Below are positions 49,629 to 57,022 of a stretch of 64,000 bases of DNA, one piece after another. The notes beneath the pieces were generated by a model. It made no database searches. It saw only the letters and a program-made list of their open reading frames with translations, and was not told the origin of the DNA. The number at the start of each line of letters is the position of its first letter. Within the stretch, counting starts at the first letter, position 1. Source of the stretch: Syntrophales bacterium. Lineage in GTDB: Bacteria > Desulfobacterota > Syntrophia > Syntrophales > UBA2210. Position numbers and translations under genes: made by a program. The stretch lies in assembly GCA_963662405.2 (NCBI GenBank), contig CAXXKT010000003.1, positions 64,001 through 128,000 on the forward strand. Direction: 5' to 3'.

Positions 49629-50738
49629 ATGCGCATATCACGAATATCCTGTCTGTCGATCGTTCTGGTATTTCTGGTCCTTGTCATCTCAGGTCAGACC
49701 GTGGCCGGGGAAAAAGCAACCTTCTCCATGCAAAAAGACGGACAGATTACCGTGGGCGGCTTATCCTTTGGATCCCTTGAGCAGTATTTTCAGTCGGATT
49801 ACTTTCAAGTCACCGGGAAACGGTGCGGAACGAAAGTTCCGCTCTATGAGGACCCCGCCCGGAGGAAACTGTTTGGTGTTGATGCCGACTGCACCCTGAA
49901 TTGTACCGTGATAAAGCCGGAATACTGGCCCGGCATAATCCTCACCATTCCCGTGGTGGTGCACATCATTCACAAGGTCGACGGAACCGGTAACATTGAC
50001 GATGACCGCGTGCAGCGGCAGATCGATGTCCTCAACGAGGACTTCGCGGCCGTGGCGGGGACCCTCGGCTCGGAGGGATTCAACACCCGTATCCGGTTCA
50101 CCCTCGCGGGGATCACCCGGACCGCCAATGACACCTGGTTCAACGACAACGACGAAACCGGCTACAAGACCGCCCTGGGATGGGACCAGGATCGCTACTG
50201 CAACATCTACGTCAACTCGGCCGCCGGTTATCTCGGCTATACCTATCTCCCGCAGGAAGAGGCGGGCACGGTGCTGGACGGGATCGTCGTCCTCTACGAG
50301 GCCTTCGGCGGGAGGGACGACGGTTTTGACCCCTATGATCAGGGCCGTACCGCAACCCACGAGATGGGCCACTATCTGGGGCTCCTGCACACCTTCGAGG
50401 GGTACGCCTGTCTTAACAGTTACACGGAAGGGGATCTCATCGTTGACACGCCATCGGAGAGCCACGAGCACTACAGCTGCAATGTACAGACCTACACCTG
50501 CGGGACGCCGGACCCGCTCCACAACTACATGAACTACACCGACGACATCTGCATGAATCAGTTCACCCGTGAACAGGCCAACCGCATGGTCTGCTCACTC
50601 CTCAACTACCGTTCCGACCTGGCAACGGCATCACCCGCCCTTATCCCCACACTCTCCGAATATGGGATGATCCTCCTCATGCTGCTTCTGACCATTGGAG
50701 CCGTGTGGAGATTCAGACGAGCCCAAAAACAGCGGTAA
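49629..50738 (+). CDS. M43 (ulilysin/pappalysin-like) zinc metalloprotease with IPTL-CTERM sorting signal
   Basis: RCGT Cys-switch, HEMGHYLGLLHTF, NYMNY Met-turn, and C-terminal IPTLSEYG-TM-RFRR. Confidence 0.92.
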   Translation: MRISRISCLSIVLVFLVLVISGQTVAGEKATFSMQKDGQITVGGLSFGSLEQYFQSDYFQVTGKRCGTKVPLYEDPARRKLFGVDADCTLNCTVIKPEYWPGIILTIPVVVHIIHKVDGTGNIDDDRVQRQIDVLNEDFAAVAGTLGSEGFNTRIRFTLAGITRTANDTWFNDNDETGYKTALGWDQDRYCNIYVNSAAGYLGYTYLPQEEAGTVLDGIVVLYEAFGGRDDGFDPYDQGRTATHEMGHYLGLLHTFEGYACLNSYTEGDLIVDTPSESHEHYSCNVQTYTCGTPDPLHNYMNYTDDICMNQFTREQANRMVCSLLNYRSDLATASPALIPTLSEYGMILLMLLLTIGAVWRFRRAQKQR

Positions 50739-50870
50739 CGCCCTTTTTATTCTTTCCGGATCGTGCTTGAAAATTCTCCGTAATATTTTACAATAGTTCT
50801 GCATGGCGGGTTGTGTCCGCCGGTACTGTTACTCAAGAGTAAAAAGGGGGGGAAAGAGCGGAAACTCCAG

Positions 50871-51017
50871 ATGACCAATTGCCTGGGGAACAAGTGCAGT
50901 GATTCGACGGGATTCATGGCCACCTGTTGCTGGGATCTGCGCTACAGGATATGCAAGAAGATCTCCGGCGACCACATCGAAATCAGAGACAATGACTACG
51001 GATTCTGCAAGCAATAG
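50871..51017 (+). CDS. Small Cys-rich hypothetical protein (48 aa)
   Basis: MTNCLGNKCSDSTGFMATCCWDLRYRICKK...GFCKQ contains six Cys; the RBS is weak. Confidence 0.4.
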   Translation: MTNCLGNKCSDSTGFMATCCWDLRYRICKKISGDHIEIRDNDYGFCKQ

Positions 51018-51032
51018 AATAAGCGATGCAAT

Positions 51033-51212
51033 GGGGGCCAGGCCCCAGCGTTCGACATTTGTTGAGACCTGACTCCCTGAATAACCTTATCCTCTATTTA
51101 AACTTGTCGAATTAAATGAAGGGCCGTGCCTTTTTGATCAGGGGAGTGGCCAGGCCTCAACAATCAACGGGTGTAAGTGGCTCCGGATTGTCAACTGTTG
51201 AGACCTGACCCT
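51033..51212. repeat. Two degenerate inverted-repeat pairs of a GGTCAGGTCTCAACA-type REP-like family
   Basis: TGTTGAGACCTGAC at 51060 and 51196; imperfect complements GGCCAGGCCCCAGCG (51036) and GGCCAGGCCTCAACA (51148). Confidence 0.6.
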
Positions 51213-51221
51213 CCTTAACGT

Positions 51222-51560
51222 TCACGCGAAGACATCGATCAGCGATTTTTTCATCTCCCCGTCGGTCTCGATGACCGTGATATTGGCGCTGTGGGCGTGT
51301 TGTGTCGTAATGAGATTGACCAGTTCCACCGGGAGATTGACATTCGACGATTCGGTCCCGTCGGGCTGTGTCGTGCCGGGGGTGTCCTCCTCGGTGATCG
51401 TCACCGAGACGCCGGGGACTTCACCGGTCTGAAAGAGGGCCCGGCTTGCCTTGAACTCATCCGTGTTGATATTCGCGATGTTGTTGGCTGTCACGTCCGC
51501 TTTTTTTTCAAGGGTCTTGAGGGCGGATACGGCAATCTGCGCGGCGGGAGCCTCTAACAT
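51222..51560 (-). CDS. Small flagellar basal-body rod-like protein (FlgC-like)
   Basis: TANNIANINT..FK and SNVNLPVELVNLI..Q...ANI.VI motifs. Confidence 0.8.
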   Translation of the reverse strand: MLEAPAAQIAVSALKTLEKKADVTANNIANINTDEFKASRALFQTGEVPGVSVTITEEDTPGTTQPDGTESSNVNLPVELVNLITTQHAHSANITVIETDGEMKKSLIDVFA

Positions 51561-51622
51561 CTTCCTTCTCCTATAAAAAGTCAATTCATGGAGAGCCTGT
51601 CAAACAGGCCCATGGTTAAAAT

Positions 51623-52735
51623 TTAAACGGCCAAAGCATAACACCTCGCAACCTTACTCATCTCTACATATTTCGGGTCTGGCAGCATTTTCGATGGATC
51701 AAACGGCTCCCCCTTCTTCAAGATGGCATATACAATAGTGCTCATCTTTCGCGCCGTCGCTATTACGCTCTTCCCGGTTCCCTTGTTCTCTTTCATGGCT
51801 TTGTATTTGTACATAAGCCAATATCCATCGGTTTTATTCCGAAGCCGTAGCATCCCCATTACCATTTGCACAAAAGCCGTCCTCAGTTCCACGGGGCCTC
51901 GCTTGGTAATATGACCATGGCGAATGGTCTTGTTGGAGTTTTGAACCCATGGTACCAAACCGGCATGAGCAGCATACTGCTTGGCGCTCTCATATCGGTT
52001 GATGTCATCGGTATAAGCCCGAATCGTCGCTGCTGTTATTATTCCAACGCCAGGAATCGTTTGCAACAGAGCAACATCCTCGTCTTCAGAAACAAGATCA
52101 GATAATACGCGCTCAAGTCCTTTGACCTCGGATGCAATTTGGTCTATTGTACCAAGAAGCGGTTTTACCGCTCGGGCAGCGTTTCCGTAACTCCTATGGT
52201 CCGCGAGACCGTCAAGGATTCGCTGCCTTTCTTTTTTGCTCTGCAGCTGTCCCCGCCGACTCTCTATCCCATATCCAAGCAATAAACCGTGTATCTGGTT
52301 TTTCAAGGATACCAAAGCTTTCACCAGAACAGAACGTGACTTGAGAAGCCTTCGAATGTCCTCGCTTTCCTGCGAACAAAGAATGGACTCGGGAAGCATA
52401 TCTTTCTCAAGAAACTCAGCCAATGTGCGGGAATCATGCTTGTCAGTCTTTTTTACTGACTCATTTACAACCTTGAATTTCAAGGTGTTCACTATCTTGA
52501 CCTCAATCCCCGCCTTCAAAAACCGGTTGCGAAAGTGTCGGGTGTTCCCTGTTGATTCCACCGCTGCCGTGACCTCGTAACCGCCCTCATTCCAGTTGGA
52601 CACCTTCATGATAAATGCCCGGTAACCTCGATCAGTCGTCGGGTAGATGCCCGACTCCTGAACACTCCGATCTTCACTCAAACAACAAACGGTAAACTGC
52701 GTCTTGTGAAGGTCAACCCCGATACTCATCTTCAT
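51623..52735 (-). CDS. IS110-family transposase/recombinase (DEDD RuvC-like plus Tnp20 domain)
   Basis: IGVDLHK, VESTG, KTDKHD, LQTIPGVG and GLVP...S...ITKRG..LR. Confidence 0.95.
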   Translation of the reverse strand: MKMSIGVDLHKTQFTVCCLSEDRSVQESGIYPTTDRGYRAFIMKVSNWNEGGYEVTAAVESTGNTRHFRNRFLKAGIEVKIVNTLKFKVVNESVKKTDKHDSRTLAEFLEKDMLPESILCSQESEDIRRLLKSRSVLVKALVSLKNQIHGLLLGYGIESRRGQLQSKKERQRILDGLADHRSYGNAARAVKPLLGTIDQIASEVKGLERVLSDLVSEDEDVALLQTIPGVGIITAATIRAYTDDINRYESAKQYAAHAGLVPWVQNSNKTIRHGHITKRGPVELRTAFVQMVMGMLRLRNKTDGYWLMYKYKAMKENKGTGKSVIATARKMSTIVYAILKKGEPFDPSKMLPDPKYVEMSKVARCYALAV

Positions 52736-52764
52736 AGAACGCCTCCTCACATCTTGGACAGCGC

Positions 52765-52935
52765 CTGTCAGGTGAATTGGTCCCAATCTCCTATTCGATC
52801 TCGAAGATCATTGAATGTTGCGGCTACAGCTCTTCATTCTCCTTTGCGGTCTCGAAGACCAGTAAACATGTCGAACAGTAGCCTTGCTGCCCAAAACTAT
52901 AAAGTTTCAAACAGTGTATCCCAATTCACAGCTCA
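52765..52935 (-). ncRNA. Predicted IS110 bridge RNA
   Basis: Enclosing stem GTGAATTGG/CCAATTCAC. Two internal loops are capped by the near-identical hairpins GGTC-TTCGA-GACC and GATC-TTCGA-GATC, flanked by segments matching the reconstructed target and donor. Confidence 0.75.
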
Positions 52936-52958
52936 TGAAGACTTTTTATCATTCCTCC

Positions 52959-52995
52959 TTAAATAGGGACAGCGCCCAATTATCGACTTGACCCC
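52959..52995. repeat. Single copy of the TAAATAGGGACAGCGCCCA repeat abutting the IS110 end, followed by GACTTGACCCC
   Basis: Matches the arms at 55858 and 56927. Confidence 0.8.
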
Positions 52996-53005
52996 TTATG
53001 GGCAT

Positions 53006-54280
53006 TCACGCGAAGGTATTCAGCAGGGAACCGAGCAGTGATTGCTGCAGCAGGTCTGCCGAAGCGGTATAAATGGAATCGGCGAACTCCGTGTTGATGG
53101 CTTCGGCTTCCGTGGCGTAATTGAGCGGTGAATTGGTCGCTATCTGCGAGGTGTAGTTGCTTACCTGAACGGCGAGCCCGTCGAACCCGGCGAACAGCTC
53201 TTCAACCGCTGACGGGTCCTCACTGATCGCCTCGGCCAGCAGCTCTTCGTCGACCACCAGTGTCCCGTCTTCATCCACCGTGATCCCGATCGATGCAAGC
53301 TCGTCCTCATGATCCTCGATAAAGGAGGTCACCGTGGCGAGGACCTCGTTCGCGATGTAATCGCTGTTTTCCTCCAGGTTACCGATGAATGAATTCAGTC
53401 CCGAAACGAGACCGGTGACGGCGTCCCGGAACTCTTCCTCATCGGGGGCAACCGTCAGGACCGCTTCGCCCGTCCCCTCCAGGGTGGCCGTGATCATTCC
53501 CTCGTCGAGATAGACCGTATTGGAACTCGATGTCTTATCCACGCCGTCGACGCTGTACGTGGCGTCCCGGGCGGCGGTGGATACGGCGGCTGCGCCCGTC
53601 GCTGTGACGGCGTTTCCCGATACATCAGCGATCGAAAAGGCACTCGCCGCGCCGGTCTCGTCGGCAGTGACGGTCAGATTTACCGTCCCCTCTTCGCTCC
53701 CGTCGGTGACCGCGGCGCTCACCCCGATATCCGCGTCGTTGATGGCGGTGGCGATCTTCTGGAGGACCTCTTCGTTGGTGTCCCCCTCCTCGACCGTCAC
53801 GCTCAGATCGTGTTCTTCCCCGCCGACCGTCACCGCAAAGGTGTTCGTTCCCGTATCGACGGTGCCGGCGGCATCCTCGTCCAGCTCCAGCCCGGTGTTC
53901 TCCTGGGCCGCGGCCACCTGGGTCACGGAAATGCTGTACGTGGCCTCGGTCGCCCCCGAATCGGCGGAGAAGGCGTCCGCGGCCTCGGCCGTCACCACGT
54001 CGCTATCCGACGAAGAGGCCGTCCGGTCATGGAAAACGGAGGTATAGTCGTCGCGGGTCAGTTTCTGCGCCTTCGCGGCGAGGGATGACACATTGCCGTA
54101 CAGCTCGCTGAGGGCCTCCCGGGACTCTTTGCTGAATGCCTGTTCATCGAACTGATCCTGCAGGTTTCCGAGGGCCGAGGTGAAGACACCCATCACCAGA
54201 TTGCTGGCGCTGCTCACCCCCAGAGGAGAGAGCAGACTGGTCATCGTCATGTAATTATTGTAGGAACCGGTTATCTGCAT
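53006..54280 (-). CDS. FliD-like (flagellar cap) protein, highly acidic
   Basis: TASSSDSDVVTA, YSISVTQVAAAQ, ARDATYSVDG...SSSNTV and LASIGITVDEDGTLVVDEELL motifs; lacks the canonical FliD termini. Confidence 0.75.
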   Translation of the reverse strand: MQITGSYNNYMTMTSLLSPLGVSSASNLVMGVFTSALGNLQDQFDEQAFSKESREALSELYGNVSSLAAKAQKLTRDDYTSVFHDRTASSSDSDVVTAEAADAFSADSGATEATYSISVTQVAAAQENTGLELDEDAAGTVDTGTNTFAVTVGGEEHDLSVTVEEGDTNEEVLQKIATAINDADIGVSAAVTDGSEEGTVNLTVTADETGAASAFSIADVSGNAVTATGAAAVSTAARDATYSVDGVDKTSSSNTVYLDEGMITATLEGTGEAVLTVAPDEEEFRDAVTGLVSGLNSFIGNLEENSDYIANEVLATVTSFIEDHEDELASIGITVDEDGTLVVDEELLAEAISEDPSAVEELFAGFDGLAVQVSNYTSQIATNSPLNYATEAEAINTEFADSIYTASADLLQQSLLGSLLNTFA

Positions 54281-54343
54281 GGCTGCATCCCCTTCAGGCA
54301 ATAAAAAATCCGCCTCCCCAAGACAGAAAGACGGACATACGTG

Positions 54344-54430
54344 GTGCAGCCCCGCTACCCTATCCCCACCGTGGAGACGTAGGTCGGTGGCTTTGCGTCC
54401 CTGCCTTTCAGAAGGTTTGCCCTTTTACTC
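54344..54430 (-). promoter_or_regulatory. Cyclic di-GMP-I (GEMM) riboswitch
   Basis: Minus strand: GGCAAACC-ttct-GAAA-ggcag-GGACGCAAAGCC-accgac-CTAC...GGTAGCGGGGCTGC. It is followed by a hairpin plus U-tract (54303-54333). Confidence 0.9.
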
Positions 54431-54597
54431 TTTTGACGGTTTATCGGCAGAATGGCCGAAAAACTTGAGTGATTTTGCAAAAAAAGTTCGAAAAATCCGA
54501 TTGCAATCGGTAGTTGACTGAAATATAAAGATGTTTTTCCGGTTTGTGCAATCAAATTTTTTGCTGTTATGGTAGTGCGAAACATGAGGAGGCCGCC

Positions 54598-55884
54598 ATG
54601 GCGCATCACACGGTGCGATCGGGATATCAAAACCTCGTGGAGCGTCTGAACCGGTTCCCCCAGGGGGCCCCCCCGTCGGAGCTCCTCTACCGGATCCTGG
54701 AGATGCTCTTTTCGGAGAAGGAGGCCCGGTTCGTCTCCCTCCTCCCCATCAAGCCCTTTACCGCGAAGACGGCGGCGAGGCGGTGGAAGACCTCCCTCGC
54801 GGAGGCGCGGACCCTCCTCGACACCCTTTCCGGCAGAGGCATTCTCCTCGACATCGAGGAAGACGGCGAGTCCGTCTACGTTCTCCCCCCGCCCATGGCG
54901 GGCTTCTTCGAGTTTTCCATGATGCGGATCAGGACCGACGTCAACCAGAAGGTCCTGGCCGAACTCTTCTACCAGTATCTCAATGTGGAGGAAGACTTCA
55001 TCAGGGACCTCTTCAGGGGAGAGGAGACACAGCCCGGCCGTGTCTTTGTCAACGAAGAGGCCCTTTCCGCGGAGCTGTCGCTCCATGTCCTCGATTATGA
55101 ACGCGCCACGGAGGTCGTCAGAACGGCGAGCCACATCGGTGTCGGGATCTGTTACTGCCGGCACAAGATGGAGCATCTGGGGCGGGCCTGCGACGCCCCG
55201 CAGGACATCTGCATGACCTTCAACAACACGGCCGAGTCACTCACCAAACACGGCGTCGTGCGGGAGGTGGGCGTCGACGAGTGCCTTGATCTCCTCGACC
55301 AGGCCCGGGAACACAACCTGGTCCAGTTCGGCGAGAACGTCCGCGAACGGGTGAACTTCATTTGTAACTGCTGCAAGTGCTGCTGTGAGGCGATGATCGC
55401 CGCTCAAAAATTCGGCTTTCTCAACCCCGTTCATACCACCAATTACCTCCCCAGGATCGCGGCTGATGCCTGCACCGGGTGCGGAAAATGCGTCGACGTC
55501 TGTCCCGTCGGTGCCATCGAACTGGTCTCAGAAACGGGTAATGGGAAGAGAAAGAAAAAGACGGCGAGACTCAACAGGGACACCTGCCTCGGCTGCGGCG
55601 TGTGCGTCAAAGCCTGCCCCGTCGACGCCATCGAGCTGACCGCCCGGGAAGAGCGGGTCATCACCCCCGTCAACTCCACACACAAGGCCGTCCTCATGGC
55701 CATCGAACGGGGGAACCTCCCGGACCTCATCTTCGACAACCGGGCCCACTGGAACCACCGTGCCATGGCGGCCATCCTGGGCGCGATTCTCAGACTCCCG
55801 CCGGTCAAACAGGCCCTGGCCGGCAGACAGCTCCGCTCACGCTACCTGGAATACATCTTAAATAGGGACAGCGCCCATTTTTAA
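54598..55884 (+). CDS. 4Fe-4S dicluster-binding protein
   Basis: CYCR, CNCCKCCC and two CxxCxxCxxxCP motifs; GGAGG RBS. The last codons are supplied by the repeat at 55858. Confidence 0.9.
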   Translation: MAHHTVRSGYQNLVERLNRFPQGAPPSELLYRILEMLFSEKEARFVSLLPIKPFTAKTAARRWKTSLAEARTLLDTLSGRGILLDIEEDGESVYVLPPPMAGFFEFSMMRIRTDVNQKVLAELFYQYLNVEEDFIRDLFRGEETQPGRVFVNEEALSAELSLHVLDYERATEVVRTASHIGVGICYCRHKMEHLGRACDAPQDICMTFNNTAESLTKHGVVREVGVDECLDLLDQAREHNLVQFGENVRERVNFICNCCKCCCEAMIAAQKFGFLNPVHTTNYLPRIAADACTGCGKCVDVCPVGAIELVSETGNGKRKKKTARLNRDTCLGCGVCVKACPVDAIELTAREERVITPVNSTHKAVLMAIERGNLPDLIFDNRAHWNHRAMAAILGAILRLPPVKQALAGRQLRSRYLEYILNRDSAHF

Positions 55885-55938
55885 AATAAATCAACCTCTA
55901 TTCAGGTAGTTACAAAAATGGGCGCTGTCCCTATTTAA
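55858..55938. repeat. REPIN/MITE-like element: 25-bp perfect inverted repeat with a 31-bp AT-rich spacer
   Basis: TTAAATAGGGACAGCGCCCATTTTT ... AAAAATGGGCGCTGTCCCTATTTAA. Confidence 0.9.
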
Positions 55939-55943
55939 AGCCC

Positions 55944-56831
55944 TCACAGCAGACCGGTACTGAAATACCGTTCCGCCCGGTCCGGGAGGACCGTAGCGAT
56001 GGTCCAGTCCGGGTGTTCCCTGGCGATCTGCCGTGCCGTCCAGACGTTTGCCCCGGACGATGTGCCGCAGAGGAGGGAATTGCTCAACCCCAGTTCGCGT
56101 GTCGTTTCGATGGCATCTTCATCCGTGATTTCGATGATCCGGTCGATTAGGGAGACATCAAGAATATCGGGCACAAATCCGTCCCCGATACCCTGAATCT
56201 GATGCAGCCCCGGTTCATGACCGAGGAGGGCCGACACGTTTTTGGGTTCTACAGCCACGATCGTGACGTCCGGGTTGTTTTTCTTCAGAAACGAGCCGAC
56301 ACCCTGGATCGTGCCGCCGCTGCCGATGCCGGAGACAAAGGCGTCGACCTTGTTGCCCGCCTGCCTCCATAATTCCGGTGCCGTGTATTCGTAATGGGCC
56401 GTTGCGTTATGGGGATTTTTGAACTGCTGCGGCATAAAGGCATCATACTCCGCGACCAGTTCCTCGGCCTTCTGGACCGCGCCGACGATGTTTTCACGAT
56501 CCGGCGTCAGGATAAGATGCCCGCCCAGAAAGGTGATGATATTTTTCCTCTCCTCACTCATCCCTTCAGGCATGACGATATACACGTCGTATCCCTTGGC
56601 AACGCCCACCAGTGTTATCCCGATCCCCGTATTACCCGATGTGGGCTCGACGATCTTCATTCCCGGCTTCAAGGTGCCGTCCCATTCCGCCGCCTCGATC
56701 ATGGCCAGGGCCACGCGATCTTTGATGCTGCCTCCCGGATTGAGGAATTCAGCCTTGGCGATAATATTTTCATTCCTGAGCTGAACCAGGGGGGTATTCC
56801 CGATCAGGTCGATGATGTCACATGCTTTCAT
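55944..56831 (-). CDS. cysK: Cysteine synthase (O-acetylserine sulfhydrylase)
   Basis: NPGGSIKDR PLP lysine, EPTSGNTG, HQIQGIG, ERYFST. Confidence 0.93.
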   Translation of the reverse strand: MKACDIIDLIGNTPLVQLRNENIIAKAEFLNPGGSIKDRVALAMIEAAEWDGTLKPGMKIVEPTSGNTGIGITLVGVAKGYDVYIVMPEGMSEERKNIITFLGGHLILTPDRENIVGAVQKAEELVAEYDAFMPQQFKNPHNATAHYEYTAPELWRQAGNKVDAFVSGIGSGGTIQGVGSFLKKNNPDVTIVAVEPKNVSALLGHEPGLHQIQGIGDGFVPDILDVSLIDRIIEITDEDAIETTRELGLSNSLLCGTSSGANVWTARQIAREHPDWTIATVLPDRAERYFSTGLL

Positions 56832-56910
56832 AATGATTTAGAATCCCTTGTGAATGAAGTCGTTTCGGTGAAGTCTATTACCCCTCATCACTCAATTTTA
56901 CCAGCGAAAA

Positions 56911-57022
56911 TTTTAATAGGAATTTTAATAGGGACAGCGCCCATTTTTCGCCTACCACACAAAACGGCTCTTTATTTAATCATTTATAAAAATGGGCGCT
57001 GTCCCTATTTACTCCTATTTAC
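56911..57022. repeat. Second REPIN/MITE-like element with short tandem duplications at both outer ends
   Basis: AATAGGGACAGCGCCCATTTTT (56927-56948) and its complement (56988-57009). TTTTAATAGG is doubled on the left and CCTATTTAC on the right. Confidence 0.88.

Larger units (their letters stand above)
51568..52959 (-). mobile_element. Complete IS110-family insertion sequence
   Basis: CTCCT (AGGAG) repeated at both ends (51568-51572, 52955-52959). Sub-terminal inverted repeats ATAAAAAGTC (51573) and GACTTTTTAT (52940). About 220-nt non-coding end upstream of the transposase. Confidence 0.9.

Noticed and set aside
55858..57022. CRISPR array interpretation of the GGGACAGCGCCC repeats
   Set aside because: The copies are inverted pairs and dispersed, not direct repeats with regular spacers, and there are no cas genes.
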